Part shown: in pieces, positions 9,576 through 17,946 of the stretch | How positions within the stretch are numbered: the first letter of the stretch is position 1 | How the letters are laid out: each line of letters starts with the position of its first letter | Assembly: GCA_038850515.1 (NCBI GenBank) | Contig: JAWCLV010000003.1 | Span: 1,620-65,619 of the forward strand | Direction of reading: 5' to 3' | Length of the DNA: 64,000 nt | Source of the DNA: Candidatus Bathyarchaeia archaeon | Lineage (GTDB): Archaea; Thermoproteota; CALKCG01; B24; JAGTQN01 | Program-made: the position numbers and the translations under genes | Notes under the pieces: model-generated | What the model saw: only the letters and a program-made list of their open reading frames with translations | Told to the model about the DNA's origin: nothing | Databases searched by the model: none

Positions 9576-9785
9576 GTGGAAGGGTGGCGAGGCGTTCTTA
9601 TGGGCGAGACGGATAAGAGGGAAAGGGGAATTTGGCATCTCTATGATGTGGACTATGCAAAGCGCATCGTCAAGCTTAAGAATAGGAAGTGTCCCCGATG
9701 CTCTAAGATTATGGGATTTCATAAGGAGCCTAGACCCCGTTGGACTTGCGGAAATTGTAAATTTACCGAATATGTGAGAAAATAG
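9576..9785 (+). CDS. rps27ae: 30S ribosomal protein S27ae (zinc ribbon)
   Basis: CPRCSKIMGFHKEPRPRWTCGNCKFTEY is a C4 zinc ribbon. Its position immediately after S24e matches the conserved archaeal pair. Confidence 0.85.
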   Translation: MEGWRGVLMGETDKRERGIWHLYDVDYAKRIVKLKNRKCPRCSKIMGFHKEPRPRWTCGNCKFTEYVRK

Positions 9786-10183
9786 AATAGAATAGAATAA
9801 AAGGAAAGGAAAACCTTTCCTAAAGCCCCTTCCCTTCAGCGTTTTCCCGGTCTTTCCTCTTTAGAAGCCTAAATCCGATTCGATTTCCCTATCGAAAAAG
9901 CTGGAGTTCATCTCAGGAGTTGGAACATAGTTCCAATCGCTGTTCTAAAATATAGGATTAATAGCTCGAAATACGTCCTTTTCTCGAGGCCCATGGTCTT
10001 GAAGAGGCCAAGGCTCAAGATTATCCTTATGCTTATCGCCATCGTAGTCTTGTTCTCCATCGCATCCTTTCTATTGGGTTTTGCCTTATACCAAATCAAC
10101 CCGGGGGCGCCTTCAAACGCCTTCCTTCATTAACCATAGGTAACATCAGGGAAGTTCCATCATCCTATGAATCGACAGACAGG

Positions 10184-10867
10184 ATGGTCGTGAGGACGGC
10201 CTCCGTTTCTTTAGAGGCTCCCGATGTCGTTTTGGCTGTGCGCCAGATCGAGGCTTTGGCAACGTCCTTCGGGGGCTATGTCGTCCAGTCGAATTTGGGA
10301 AACCAGAGCGGAAGTAGATGGGGATATGTAAGCTTTAGGGTTCCTGCAACCCGCTTCCTCGAAGCCCTAGAAGCCCTGAAAGCCTATGGTTCCATCAAAG
10401 AAAGGAGGATACAGAACCAAGATGTTACGGAGCAGTACGTGGACCTTGATTCGAGGCTAAGGAATCTTGAGAGGCAAGAGGGTAGGCTTCTTGAAATCCT
10501 AGCCATGGCAAAAACCGTTTCGGAGGTTCTCGAGGTCGAAAGAGAGTTGGAAAGGGTTCGGGGCGAGATCGAGAGGCTTACGGGGCAGATGAATTACCTA
10601 AGGCAAAGCGTTGAAATGTCCCTTATACAAGTCTACCTTACAGAGCCACCTACATTAAAGATACCGACGATGTACTGGGAAGATCCCATCGAAATCGGGA
10701 TCTTAGGCTGGCAATATATGGCTAAGGGTGCCATCATCCTAGGCATGTGGGCAATTCCCTTCCTGATTCTTGGAATCCCTACCTACTATGCCTACAGGCA
10801 CCTAAGGAGGGGATCGAAGGCCCCTCAACCCTCGCCTCAGGTCTCTGCCCAAGTCACGGGGACCTGA
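10184..10867 (+). CDS. DUF4349 domain protein (C-terminal TM helices); the N-terminal signal-anchor appears to be encoded in a different frame upstream
   Basis: DRMVVRTASVSLEAPDVVLAVRQIEALATSFGGYVVQSNL, a coiled-coil middle region and two C-terminal TM segments fit DUF4349. See the finding on the 9993..10133 mini-ORF. Confidence 0.7.
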   Translation: MVVRTASVSLEAPDVVLAVRQIEALATSFGGYVVQSNLGNQSGSRWGYVSFRVPATRFLEALEALKAYGSIKERRIQNQDVTEQYVDLDSRLRNLERQEGRLLEILAMAKTVSEVLEVERELERVRGEIERLTGQMNYLRQSVEMSLIQVYLTEPPTLKIPTMYWEDPIEIGILGWQYMAKGAIILGMWAIPFLILGIPTYYAYRHLRRGSKAPQPSPQVSAQVTGT

Positions 10868-11907
10868 TCAACGCGCCATCGAGGCTTCACGAGGCTTTCC
10901 TCGATTTCGGTATGGGTTCCAGAACCGTAGGCTAGCAGGCCCGTCCAGGCGATCATGGCTCCATTATCGGTGGCAAAGTCTCCTTGAACAACATGGAGCC
11001 TAGCTTCATGCTCAGATGCCATGGATGCTAGCATCGATTGAAGGCGCTTATTCCTTGCGAAGCCCCCTGTTAGAAGGATCTCTCGCTTTCCTGTGTGGGC
11101 TAGGGCCCTCTCAGCAACCTCCGTTACCATGGCCAAGGCAGTTTCCTGAAGGCTATAGCATAGATCCTCGAGTCTATGCCCACCTTCCCTATACTTCCTC
11201 AAGGTAGCTGTCAAAAGCCCCGAGAACTGGAGATCCATTCCCTTCACCGTGTATGGAAGGGGGATGTAGTTCTTTCCCTTCGAGGCAACTTCATCAAAGA
11301 TGGGCCCTGGCCATGGAGCCTTTGGATCATAGAGCCCCACCTCCCTAGCGAAGACATCGAAGCAATTGGCTATCGTTATATCGAGGGTTTCTCCAAAAAC
11401 CCTGTAACGCCCCTCAGCCAAGGCAAGGATCTGGGTTGTTCCTCCGCTCAGGATGAGGATGAGGGGATCCTTGGCTCCCGTGCTAAGCTTCCCCATCTCG
11501 ATATGGGCTACGATATGGTTGATGCCAATGAGGGGGACCTCAAGGAAGGTAGCCAAGGCCCTTGCAGCCGTAGCGACTGTCCTGAGGCATGGTCCTAGAC
11601 CGGGACCTTGGCTAAAGGCGATTAAGCTCAAATCCTTGGGCTTTATTCCTGCCTCCTCCAAAGCCCTCCTCAAGACCTTTCCGGCTACTAGGCTATGATG
11701 CTGGGAGGCCTCCCTAGGATGGATGCCCTTTCCAGGAGGTGGGATGAGGGAATCCTTAATGTCCGCAAGGATCCTTCCTCGGGAGCTTACGATTCCTACC
11801 CCTAGGGTATGGGCTGTCCCCTCGATTCCGAGACAAAGGATCTCTTGCTCCCCAAAAGCCAAGATAGGATCCCTTTGGCTTTTAGCCGTTATAGGACTGT
11901 ACAACAA
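10837..11907 (-). CDS. kae1: tRNA N6-adenosine threonylcarbamoyltransferase Kae1 (KEOPS catalytic subunit; not fused to Bud32)
   Basis: ILCLGIEGTAHTLGVGIV, IGINHIVAHIE and ILSGGTTQI are Kae1/TsaD motifs. The listed N-terminal extension is probably an over-extended ORF. The gene overlaps DUF4349 by 31 nt in convergent orientation. Confidence 0.9.
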   Translation of the reverse strand: MLYSPITAKSQRDPILAFGEQEILCLGIEGTAHTLGVGIVSSRGRILADIKDSLIPPPGKGIHPREASQHHSLVAGKVLRRALEEAGIKPKDLSLIAFSQGPGLGPCLRTVATAARALATFLEVPLIGINHIVAHIEMGKLSTGAKDPLILILSGGTTQILALAEGRYRVFGETLDITIANCFDVFAREVGLYDPKAPWPGPIFDEVASKGKNYIPLPYTVKGMDLQFSGLLTATLRKYREGGHRLEDLCYSLQETALAMVTEVAERALAHTGKREILLTGGFARNKRLQSMLASMASEHEARLHVVQGDFATDNGAMIAWTGLLAYGSGTHTEIEESLVKPRWRVDQVPVTWAET

Positions 11908-12094
11908 CCTCGATTTTTTCTTTTTATTTATTTTTATTTTTATTTTATCCCTTTTATTTTTAAAGACCCTTTAGGGGTTCGGAAAGGGCTTCTAAGGCTT
12001 TTAAGGAAGCTATTTTGGAGATTTATGCGATGTTATCGATGGAAGGAGGCTAGAAGCCAAATTTTGGCTGCCTATTTCCTTTCAAAATGTGAGG

Positions 12095-12436
12095 CTATCT
12101 ATCCTTATTGTAATACTTATGGAAATAATAGCCGGGCTCCTTCTTCTCCCCGAAGCTTGATAGACCCTTTTCTTTCAGCTGCCTCCTAAGCCTTTCTGCA
12201 TAATCCTGAGAAATCTCTCCTTTGCCCTCGAGATAGGCGATGATTTCTAAGGCTTGGGCCTCCGTATTGCATCGCCTTAAGAAGGCGATGGCATCAGGAT
12301 TCCTTAGCTCATCATAAGTCTCTGCTCCCTCCCATCTAACTCCACCAATAGCTTTAGCCATAACCCTGGCTTCCATCTCTGCAGCCAAGTGGGGGAACTT
12401 CTTCCTGAATTCTTCCTTGGACATCTCTATACCCAT
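12095..12436 (-). CDS. Small conserved hypothetical protein (family not confidently recognised)
   Basis: 113-aa ORF with protein-like composition (KEEFRKKFPHLAAEMEARV...NTEAQALEIIAYLEGKGEISQDYAERLRRQLKEKG). No competing ORF. Confidence 0.5.
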   Translation of the reverse strand: MGIEMSKEEFRKKFPHLAAEMEARVMAKAIGGVRWEGAETYDELRNPDAIAFLRRCNTEAQALEIIAYLEGKGEISQDYAERLRRQLKEKGLSSFGEKKEPGYYFHKYYNKDR

Positions 12437-12621
12437 GGGTCAGTGCACCGAAAGACAAGGCTTCAAGCCTAGAGCTATGTGGGCTTCTCGGATAAATAAC
12501 TTTGGAAGGGCGCAAATATTGGAATCTTCAAAATGGAGAATCCTTAAGAAGATCCTACAGGAAGGAAGTATAAAAGGGAAAGCCTCAGACGAAGATCGAA
12601 AAGGGAAGGGTCGAAGGAGGA

Positions 12622-13158
12622 ATGTGTGTAGTCGGAAAGGATAGGCTTTTAAAGCTCATAGAAGAGTATGCGTGCATCCATCCCTACGATCAAGGGCTTC
12701 TGGACGGGGATGGATATGTCCTCACGGTCCAAAAGGAGACTACGCTCCATTATCTTGAGCATCGGAACATCATAAGCCATGAGATCGTCTTTACGCCACC
12801 GGACTATGTAGCCCACTTGACAGCGAAGAGCCGCTTTGGGCGCATGGGTCTCTCATTCCTTAACGCTGCGAAGGTCCATAGCGGTTTCGTTGGAAGGCTT
12901 GCCCTAGAGGTAGTAAACCTCAACAATGAACGCCAACCTATTACGATCAAGAAGGGGGAGCCCTTCATGCACATCGAGTTCTTGAGCCGGGTTGGAAATC
13001 CCTCCCCCTATACGGGTGATTATATGTTTCAGTACCTTACCGATGAGGAGGTTGCGATGTATCAAAGAATCCTAAGGGAAAGGTTTCCTAGCCTCTTCGA
13101 GGAAGGATTCATCGAAAGGATGGCCGTTAGAAGAATAAAAAATATGGAGGAAGGCTGA
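12622..13158 (+). CDS. dCTP deaminase/dUTPase-superfamily protein
   Basis: N-terminus DRLLKLIEEYACIHPYD, and the core SGFVGRLALEVVNLNNERQPITIKKGEPFMHIEF matches the dcd/dut beta-barrel motif (G..G.L.LE..N...P..L..G..I.Q..F). Confidence 0.7.
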   Translation: MCVVGKDRLLKLIEEYACIHPYDQGLLDGDGYVLTVQKETTLHYLEHRNIISHEIVFTPPDYVAHLTAKSRFGRMGLSFLNAAKVHSGFVGRLALEVVNLNNERQPITIKKGEPFMHIEFLSRVGNPSPYTGDYMFQYLTDEEVAMYQRILRERFPSLFEEGFIERMAVRRIKNMEEG

Positions 13159-13322
13159 GGAGGAAATTAAAAGACGAGGGGAAGGCGAGGGGAATAAGAA
13201 TAAGAAAAAGAAAAAAGAAGTCCTCATCGCTTCCTCGGAGAAAAGCCTAGAAGCTATTTCCTTCCCTCCCCAAAATCACACTTATTTTACCTTAGATCAG
13301 GTTATATTCATGGCGAAGGGCC

Positions 13323-13643
13323 ATGTTAGAGTTTAAGCTTCAGCCCGTGAAGATTGGCGATGTTGAAGGAATTTGGGTCAAGGTACAGGGGCCCTTTGGC
13401 TCCTTCATGTTTGCCGTAGCCAAGGATGCCATTTTGACCTGTGGAGCTTTCGATGCTGAGGTCTTAGATCATTTTGGCTTTCTTATGGCAAGGGTCAGGG
13501 GTACGGAGGAGCGCCCCCTAAAGGAATTTGAAGATATGTTATGCGCCAAGGTTGACCGTTACACAACGAAGGCTAGAGCCCTAGGCGTCGTGGAGGGAAT
13601 ATCCGGTCTTGAAGCCCTACGGCGGATGCTGGGGAAGGCTTAG
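13323..13643 (+). CDS. DUF1805 (YunC-like) protein
   Basis: 106 aa. AILTCGAFDAEVLDHFGFLMARVRG...ARALGVVEGISGLEALRRML parallels B. subtilis YunC (GYIMCGALDV...AGRAVGV...GIKVGMSGREALLKML) as I recall it. Confidence 0.65.
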   Translation: MLEFKLQPVKIGDVEGIWVKVQGPFGSFMFAVAKDAILTCGAFDAEVLDHFGFLMARVRGTEERPLKEFEDMLCAKVDRYTTKARALGVVEGISGLEALRRMLGKA

Positions 13644-13804
13644 GGGGCCTAGGCAAAGATTCCGTTCCTTTGGAGAGGCTTCCAAGCTTTACGGATGCCT
13701 GAAATTTTATGCTCAGAGGCTTAATTTTAAGCTTAAGGAAGCCCTTTTAATCCTTCTTTATTTTTAGCCTTTATCAGGGAGGCTATTCGAAGGGGTGCAC
13801 CGAT

Positions 13805-14614
13805 TTGATCGATACGGGTTTGATCTTGGCCGCCGGAAGGGGGACTAGGATGGCACCCTACTCCGATGCCGTTGCGAAGGAACTCCTTCCTATAGGGGAG
13901 CGACCTGTCATCGAATATAGTATTCGCTACATGTGCGAGGCTGGAATAAAGAGGGTTTATGTAGTCCTTGGAGAAGGAAAGGAGCAGATCGTAGAATATA
14001 TCAAGGACGGAAGGCGTCTGGGCGTCCATGTAGCCTATCTCTTCCAAGATCTGAAGGCGGGTATGGGAACGGCTAAGGCTGTCGAAACCGCGAAACCATG
14101 GATCCATGAATCCTTCGTGGTCTTCTATGGAGATACTTTCTTCTATCCTGGGGATTTTCTGAAGGAGATGCTCCAATTTCATGAAAAGCTGGACTCCCAA
14201 GCGACTATGGGTGTCTATAGGGTAAAAATTCCCATCGGCTTTGGCATAGTCAGGCTCGGCCCTAGGGACGAGGTCATGGATGTGAAAGAGGGTCCGAGCC
14301 TTGAGGCGGCCGAGAGCCTGAGAACTGATGGAGAGTATCTAGCCAACTCGGGGCCCCTCATCTTTACATCCAAGGTCTTCGAATATATCGAAAAGACTGC
14401 CCCCTCGCCCAAGGGGGAATACTGGATAACGGAAACCATAAGGCTTATGGTAGAGGATGGACTTGGGGTATATGGCTTCAAGATTCCTAGCAAAGTCTTT
14501 TGGAGGGATGTAGGTACGCCTAGGGCTAGGCTTGAAGCCGAAGAATTTGCCTTGAGAACCTTTGCCTTAGGGGAACCTAGTGGTTCGAAGGATCCATTAG
14601 TTAGGCGCTCCTAA
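13805..14614 (+). CDS. Sugar-phosphate nucleotidyltransferase (glucose-1-phosphate thymidylyl/uridylyltransferase family)
   Basis: N-terminal LILAAGRGTRMAPYSDAVAKELLPIGERPVIEY (G-x-G-T-R-x motif) and FYGDTFF. Uses an alternative start codon. Confidence 0.8.
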   Translation: MIDTGLILAAGRGTRMAPYSDAVAKELLPIGERPVIEYSIRYMCEAGIKRVYVVLGEGKEQIVEYIKDGRRLGVHVAYLFQDLKAGMGTAKAVETAKPWIHESFVVFYGDTFFYPGDFLKEMLQFHEKLDSQATMGVYRVKIPIGFGIVRLGPRDEVMDVKEGPSLEAAESLRTDGEYLANSGPLIFTSKVFEYIEKTAPSPKGEYWITETIRLMVEDGLGVYGFKIPSKVFWRDVGTPRARLEAEEFALRTFALGEPSGSKDPLVRRS

Positions 14615-14886
14615 AAGACTAGACGACCCTTCTTAAGATTCCCTATCCTTTCCATCCCTACTTCAATCCATCCTTCATTCCTTTCCATCCTTTCCGTTAC
14701 GTTCTAAAAAGCTATTCCAATACTCCGATGAAGGCAATTTTTACCATGGATAATGGAAGGCTAGAAGAGGTTGAGGATCCTCCGATCATTTCGATTATGG
14801 TCCTTGGCTCGGGGCTTACTTCATATCCTTCTTCTTTTCTTAACCTATACGCGTTGAGAGGAAATACAAGCCCAGAGTATGAGGGC

Positions 14887-15564
14887 TCAAGCCCCTTGGG
14901 GCTCAGGCATAGCTCGATAGAGTTCAAGGGCTTCCCTTTTCTTCTCCTCCGTGACCCTAACGACTACTAAGCCCTTTCTGGGTTGTCCATAAAGAACGAG
15001 GCTATCGATAGGGGCTAGGATGACGGCTGGAAGAACCAAAAGATCCTCCTCGCCATCGACCTCGATCCTAACGGGATCGGGGCTTCGAAGGGCATTATCG
15101 ATTGCTTGAAAGGCTTCGGCCATCAACCGACCTGGGGGATTAAAAACCCTCAGGACTTTCATGGATTCCAAGCCTTCAAAGTCTAAGGGCTTTATTCTTT
15201 CCCTCATAACCTTATCATCAGTAACGTATAGATTTCCTTTGATCCCGGCTTCCCTTAGGGACCTAGTAACCACATCGCCTACGGCAATAATTTTGGAAGC
15301 CTTTTCCTCGGATAGAAGCTTTCTGAGGATGGAGATGGTAACCTCAGGGGGACCGGGGATCAGAAGGCCGAAGGGCTCCTTGAACTTCGGCATAAGTTCT
15401 GCGGATAGAAGCTTTTCCCTAGCAGGTGCTATTTCAGCCGCTTCTTCCTTTAATCCATGGTTTTTAGAGGCGCCTCCCTTCATTTTGATACCTTTTTGGC
15501 TTTTTGCGATTTTGCCACAGATGGCTTTCTGAAAGCCCAGATATCGGACACCTTCATGATTCAT
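14887..15564 (-). CDS. GTP-dependent dephospho-CoA kinase (DUF359 family); the likely true start is ATG 15483
   Basis: IIAVGDVVTRSL, YVTDDKVMRERI, EVDGEEDLLVLPAVILAP and LVLYGQPRKGLVVV are the DUF359/archaeal DPCK motifs. The first 27 codons of the track ORF look like over-extension. Confidence 0.75.
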   Translation of the reverse strand: MNHEGVRYLGFQKAICGKIAKSQKGIKMKGGASKNHGLKEEAAEIAPAREKLLSAELMPKFKEPFGLLIPGPPEVTISILRKLLSEEKASKIIAVGDVVTRSLREAGIKGNLYVTDDKVMRERIKPLDFEGLESMKVLRVFNPPGRLMAEAFQAIDNALRSPDPVRIEVDGEEDLLVLPAVILAPIDSLVLYGQPRKGLVVVRVTEEKKREALELYRAMPEPQGA

Positions 15565-15725
15565 ATGCTTCGATGCGATTTAAGCTTAAGGATCAACCTT
15601 TAAGAATGGCCGCCTCAGTAGACTGATTAAAGTAGAGCAACGACCAGAAGTAGTTTCATTTTAAGTTATGCCATGAAAGGAAAAAACCATATTAGAGAGT
15701 ATTCTTTCTTCATTATGGATAAGCC

Positions 15726-16166
15726 ATGAGCAAGCCTGTAGATGCAGGTTCTTTGAAGGTAGGCATGACCATCCTCCTCGATGGGGAGCCCTCTAGGATC
15801 ATCGAGGCCGAAAAGTCCAAGCCAGGGAAAGTAGGCTGAGCTTCCCTCGCCGCCCCGAAGCATGGATCCGCTAAAGTTCGGATCGTGGCTGTTGGACTTT
15901 TCGACGGCGCTAAGAGGAGCTTCGTTGGTCCAGCCGATGCAAGGGTCGAGATCCCTATAATCGATAAACGCGTAGCTCAGGTAATCGCCATAACGGGAGA
16001 AAGCCTTCAGCTGATGGATATGGAGACCTATGAGGTTTTCGAGGTCCCCCTTCCCCAAGAGGAGGATATCAGAAAGAGGCTTGAGCCATCCATCGAAGTA
16101 GAGTATTGGCGATCCATGGGGAAAAGTAAGGTCGTAAGAGTGCGGGGGACTACCACTAAAGCTTAA
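15726..16166 (+). CDS. eif5a: Translation initiation factor 5A (aIF5A), interrupted by a 30-nt stop-containing insertion at the hypusine Lys codon
   Basis: My translation from ATG 15726 gives [35 protein letters not shown], then VG and a TGA stop. The same frame resumes at 15861 with [21 protein letters not shown]...[18 protein letters not shown]. The track shows only the GTG-started 3' part (15885..16166). Confidence 0.85.
15830..15859 (+). other. Candidate bulge-helix-bulge (BHB/BHL) intron within aIF5A (boundary ambiguous within 15828-15861)
   Basis: Removing 30 nt restores ...[12 protein letters not shown]... in frame. A central GGG/CCC helix, AAA and AAG 3-nt bulges and an inner 5-bp helix can be drawn (see finding). 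Confidence 0.5.
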
Positions 16167-16198
16167 GTTTAAGTAAGAAAAAGGAAGTCGTGAAAGGT

Positions 16199-16314
16199 GG
16201 GCCGGTAGCTCAGCTTGGTGGAGCGTTCGGCTGATAAGCCCTGAACCTCTCATGCCCGGAGACCGAAGCCCTTGGGGGCGGGAACGGTCGAGAGTTCAAA
16301 TCTCTCCCGGCCCA
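16199..16314 (+). tRNA. tRNA-Ile(GAU): tRNA-Ile (anticodon GAU at 16233-16235) with two insertions: a canonical 37/38 intron (about 16237-16261) and a second 17-nt insertion (about 16268-16284)
   Basis: Acceptor stem GGGCCGG/CCGGCCC. D arm GCTC-AGCTTGGTG-GAGC. Anticodon stem TTCGG...CCGAA with loop CTGATAA once 25 nt are removed. T arm GAGAG-TTCAAAT-CTCTC. Discriminator A. No encoded CCA. Confidence 0.85.
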
Positions 16315-16652
16315 CTAATTCAGGAGTACATTTATATAGCCCTGCCTAAGCTCCTCCTTTTCTCTAGACCTCCATGGGCTCCGATACGCCAAGGCCCTAG
16401 GAAACCCTTCTAAAGGTTCGTGGCTGGGAAAGCGAATATGCTAGCGTTGAAAGGCTTCCGCGGCATCTGAAGCGCAAGACGGGGAGCGAGGGCTCTAGGG
16501 CTATGTACCTGAAGACCCTAGCCCAGCTTGTCGCCTTACCTAAGAAGAGGTCGAGAAACTGGTCCAAGAGTTCTGCGATCAAGCTAGGAATACCGTGAGG
16601 TATGCCTTGCGATAAAAACCCTACGAGCCCAGATGAGCTTAGGACATTAGGT

Positions 16653-16874
16653 CTAAGGGGCTGGATAGTCGAGGATGTCTGGATCGATAAGTATGAGGGA
16701 TGGAAGCTTTGGAGAAGGAGCTTCCGTAAGGATCGCCTTTGTAGATCCTTCGCCTATAATCAAGCCAAGGATCCATGCCAATACTAGCTTCTTCCGTGGA
16801 GCCTTAAGGGATTCAAGTTTACTCAAGGCATCGCACCTATAACGTATCTTCCCAAGGCGTGGATGTCTATTCAA
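16653..16874 (-). pseudogene. Hypothetical ORF with a LAGLIDADG-like motif; possibly a fragment of a decayed gene
   Basis: KKLVLAWILGLIIGEGS resembles the LAGLIDADG dodecapeptide. TTG start, and a neighbouring out-of-frame ORF at 16397..16582 on the same strand. Coding status is uncertain. Confidence 0.3.
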
Positions 16875-17452
16875 GGTATCGAAAATGTCGCAGGCCAGTA
16901 TAATGGTACAGCGGGCCGGACGAAAACCTCTAGTTCCTGTGCCTTTCTTTCCATCTTTGGGTTTGTTTCCTATTTAGGGGATCTGTATGTATCTTAATTG
17001 GGCAAAAGTTAAAGTTTTCTATGGTTTTGTCGTTGTGATTTTAAATATCTTTGGCAGGAGTTATTATATTCGATCCTGAAACCTATAGCCTAAGGAGTTT
17101 TCCATCCTAGGTGAAGGGTCCTTTCGTAAACTTTTCCTTGATCACTCCCATAGCAAACAAATTTAGAGGTTACATGGAATGAAAGCTTCTGTCTATACTT
17201 CGTCAGTTACTTTTTAAGCTTTAATGTACTGACTAAATATTAATTTTGGACTTCAGCCTGCATTTAAATTTTCAGGTTATGAAGATAAAAGTATGGTTTA
17301 AGCTGGGAATAGAAGAATGAGTAGGTTTTTCTCGTAACATTTTAAATGAAGTTTCATATAACATGAGAATGGAAAAATAGTAGCTAATGAAGATAAACAT
17401 TTAATACCCTATTTGCCCATTATGTGATTGGTTTAGTGGGCTGTGGCATCGT

Positions 17453-17677
17453 ATGGGAAGCGAGTATAGGATTAGGTATGAGCCGGATGCTGATGCGCTT
17501 TACATATGGATTCGTGAGGGTAGGGTTGCAGATAGCGATGAGGTTAGTGACGGCGTAATAGTTGATTATGATGAGGATGGTAATGCCCTCGGGATCGAGA
17601 TTCTAGAGTTCTCTAAAAGGAAAATAGATCTAAACGAGCTCGTAATCAAGGGCTTTAGAGTCCCGGTGGAAGCTTGA
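17453..17677 (+). CDS. DUF2283-family protein (putative antitoxin partner of DUF4258)
   Basis: YEPDADALYIWIREGRVADSDEVSDGVIVDYDEDGNALGIEILEFS is the DUF2283 pattern (D.LYI.....vD.d.dG...GIEIL). Confidence 0.7.
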   Translation: MGSEYRIRYEPDADALYIWIREGRVADSDEVSDGVIVDYDEDGNALGIEILEFSKRKIDLNELVIKGFRVPVEA

Positions 17678-17946
17678 CCATACTCTTCACATTACATGCG
17701 CTTGAGCGTATAAAACACCGAAAAATTGGCAGAGAGGAAATTATTGCTTGCATAATAAATCCTGATAAGATTAAGAGATCTGAGGAGATAACAAGAGCAA
17801 TAAAGAAGATTAACGACCAGGAAAGCCCTAATGAAGATCCTAAGAAGATTGTGAGGGAGGAGGAGCTTGAAGAATATCTAGCCGATAAACGGGAATTCCT
17901 GACTGTTTTGCCTTCTGGGCGAACCCTTCTGAGAAGGAGCCAATAG
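17674..17946 (+). CDS. DUF4258-like putative toxin; the C-terminal half departs from the family consensus
   Basis: The N-terminus ILFTLHALERIKHRKIGREEIIACIINPDKI matches DUF4258 (HA..R...R.I). There is a 4-nt overlap with the upstream gene. After about residue 48 the sequence turns acidic and unrelated. Confidence 0.55.
   Translation: MTILFTLHALERIKHRKIGREEIIACIINPDKIKRSEEITRAIKKINDQESPNEDPKKIVREEELEEYLADKREFLTVLPSGRTLLRRSQ

Noticed and set aside
13733-14200. 155-aa minus-strand ORF
   Set aside because: It overlaps the strongly supported nucleotidyltransferase gene on the opposite strand and has no family motif.
15837-15839. In-frame TGA inside aIF5A as a selenocysteine, read-through or recoded codon
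   Set aside because: Read-through would insert 10 residues (VG-X-ASLAAPK) into the rigid hypusine loop directly after the modified lysine. I see no SECIS-like hairpin in the 3' region. Excision of exactly 30 nt restores the universal motif, so an intron or a pseudogene explains the data better.
15666-16253. 195-aa minus-strand ORF covering aIF5A and the start of tRNA-Ile
   Set aside because: It is antisense to two well-supported genes and has no recognisable motif. This is a typical shadow ORF.
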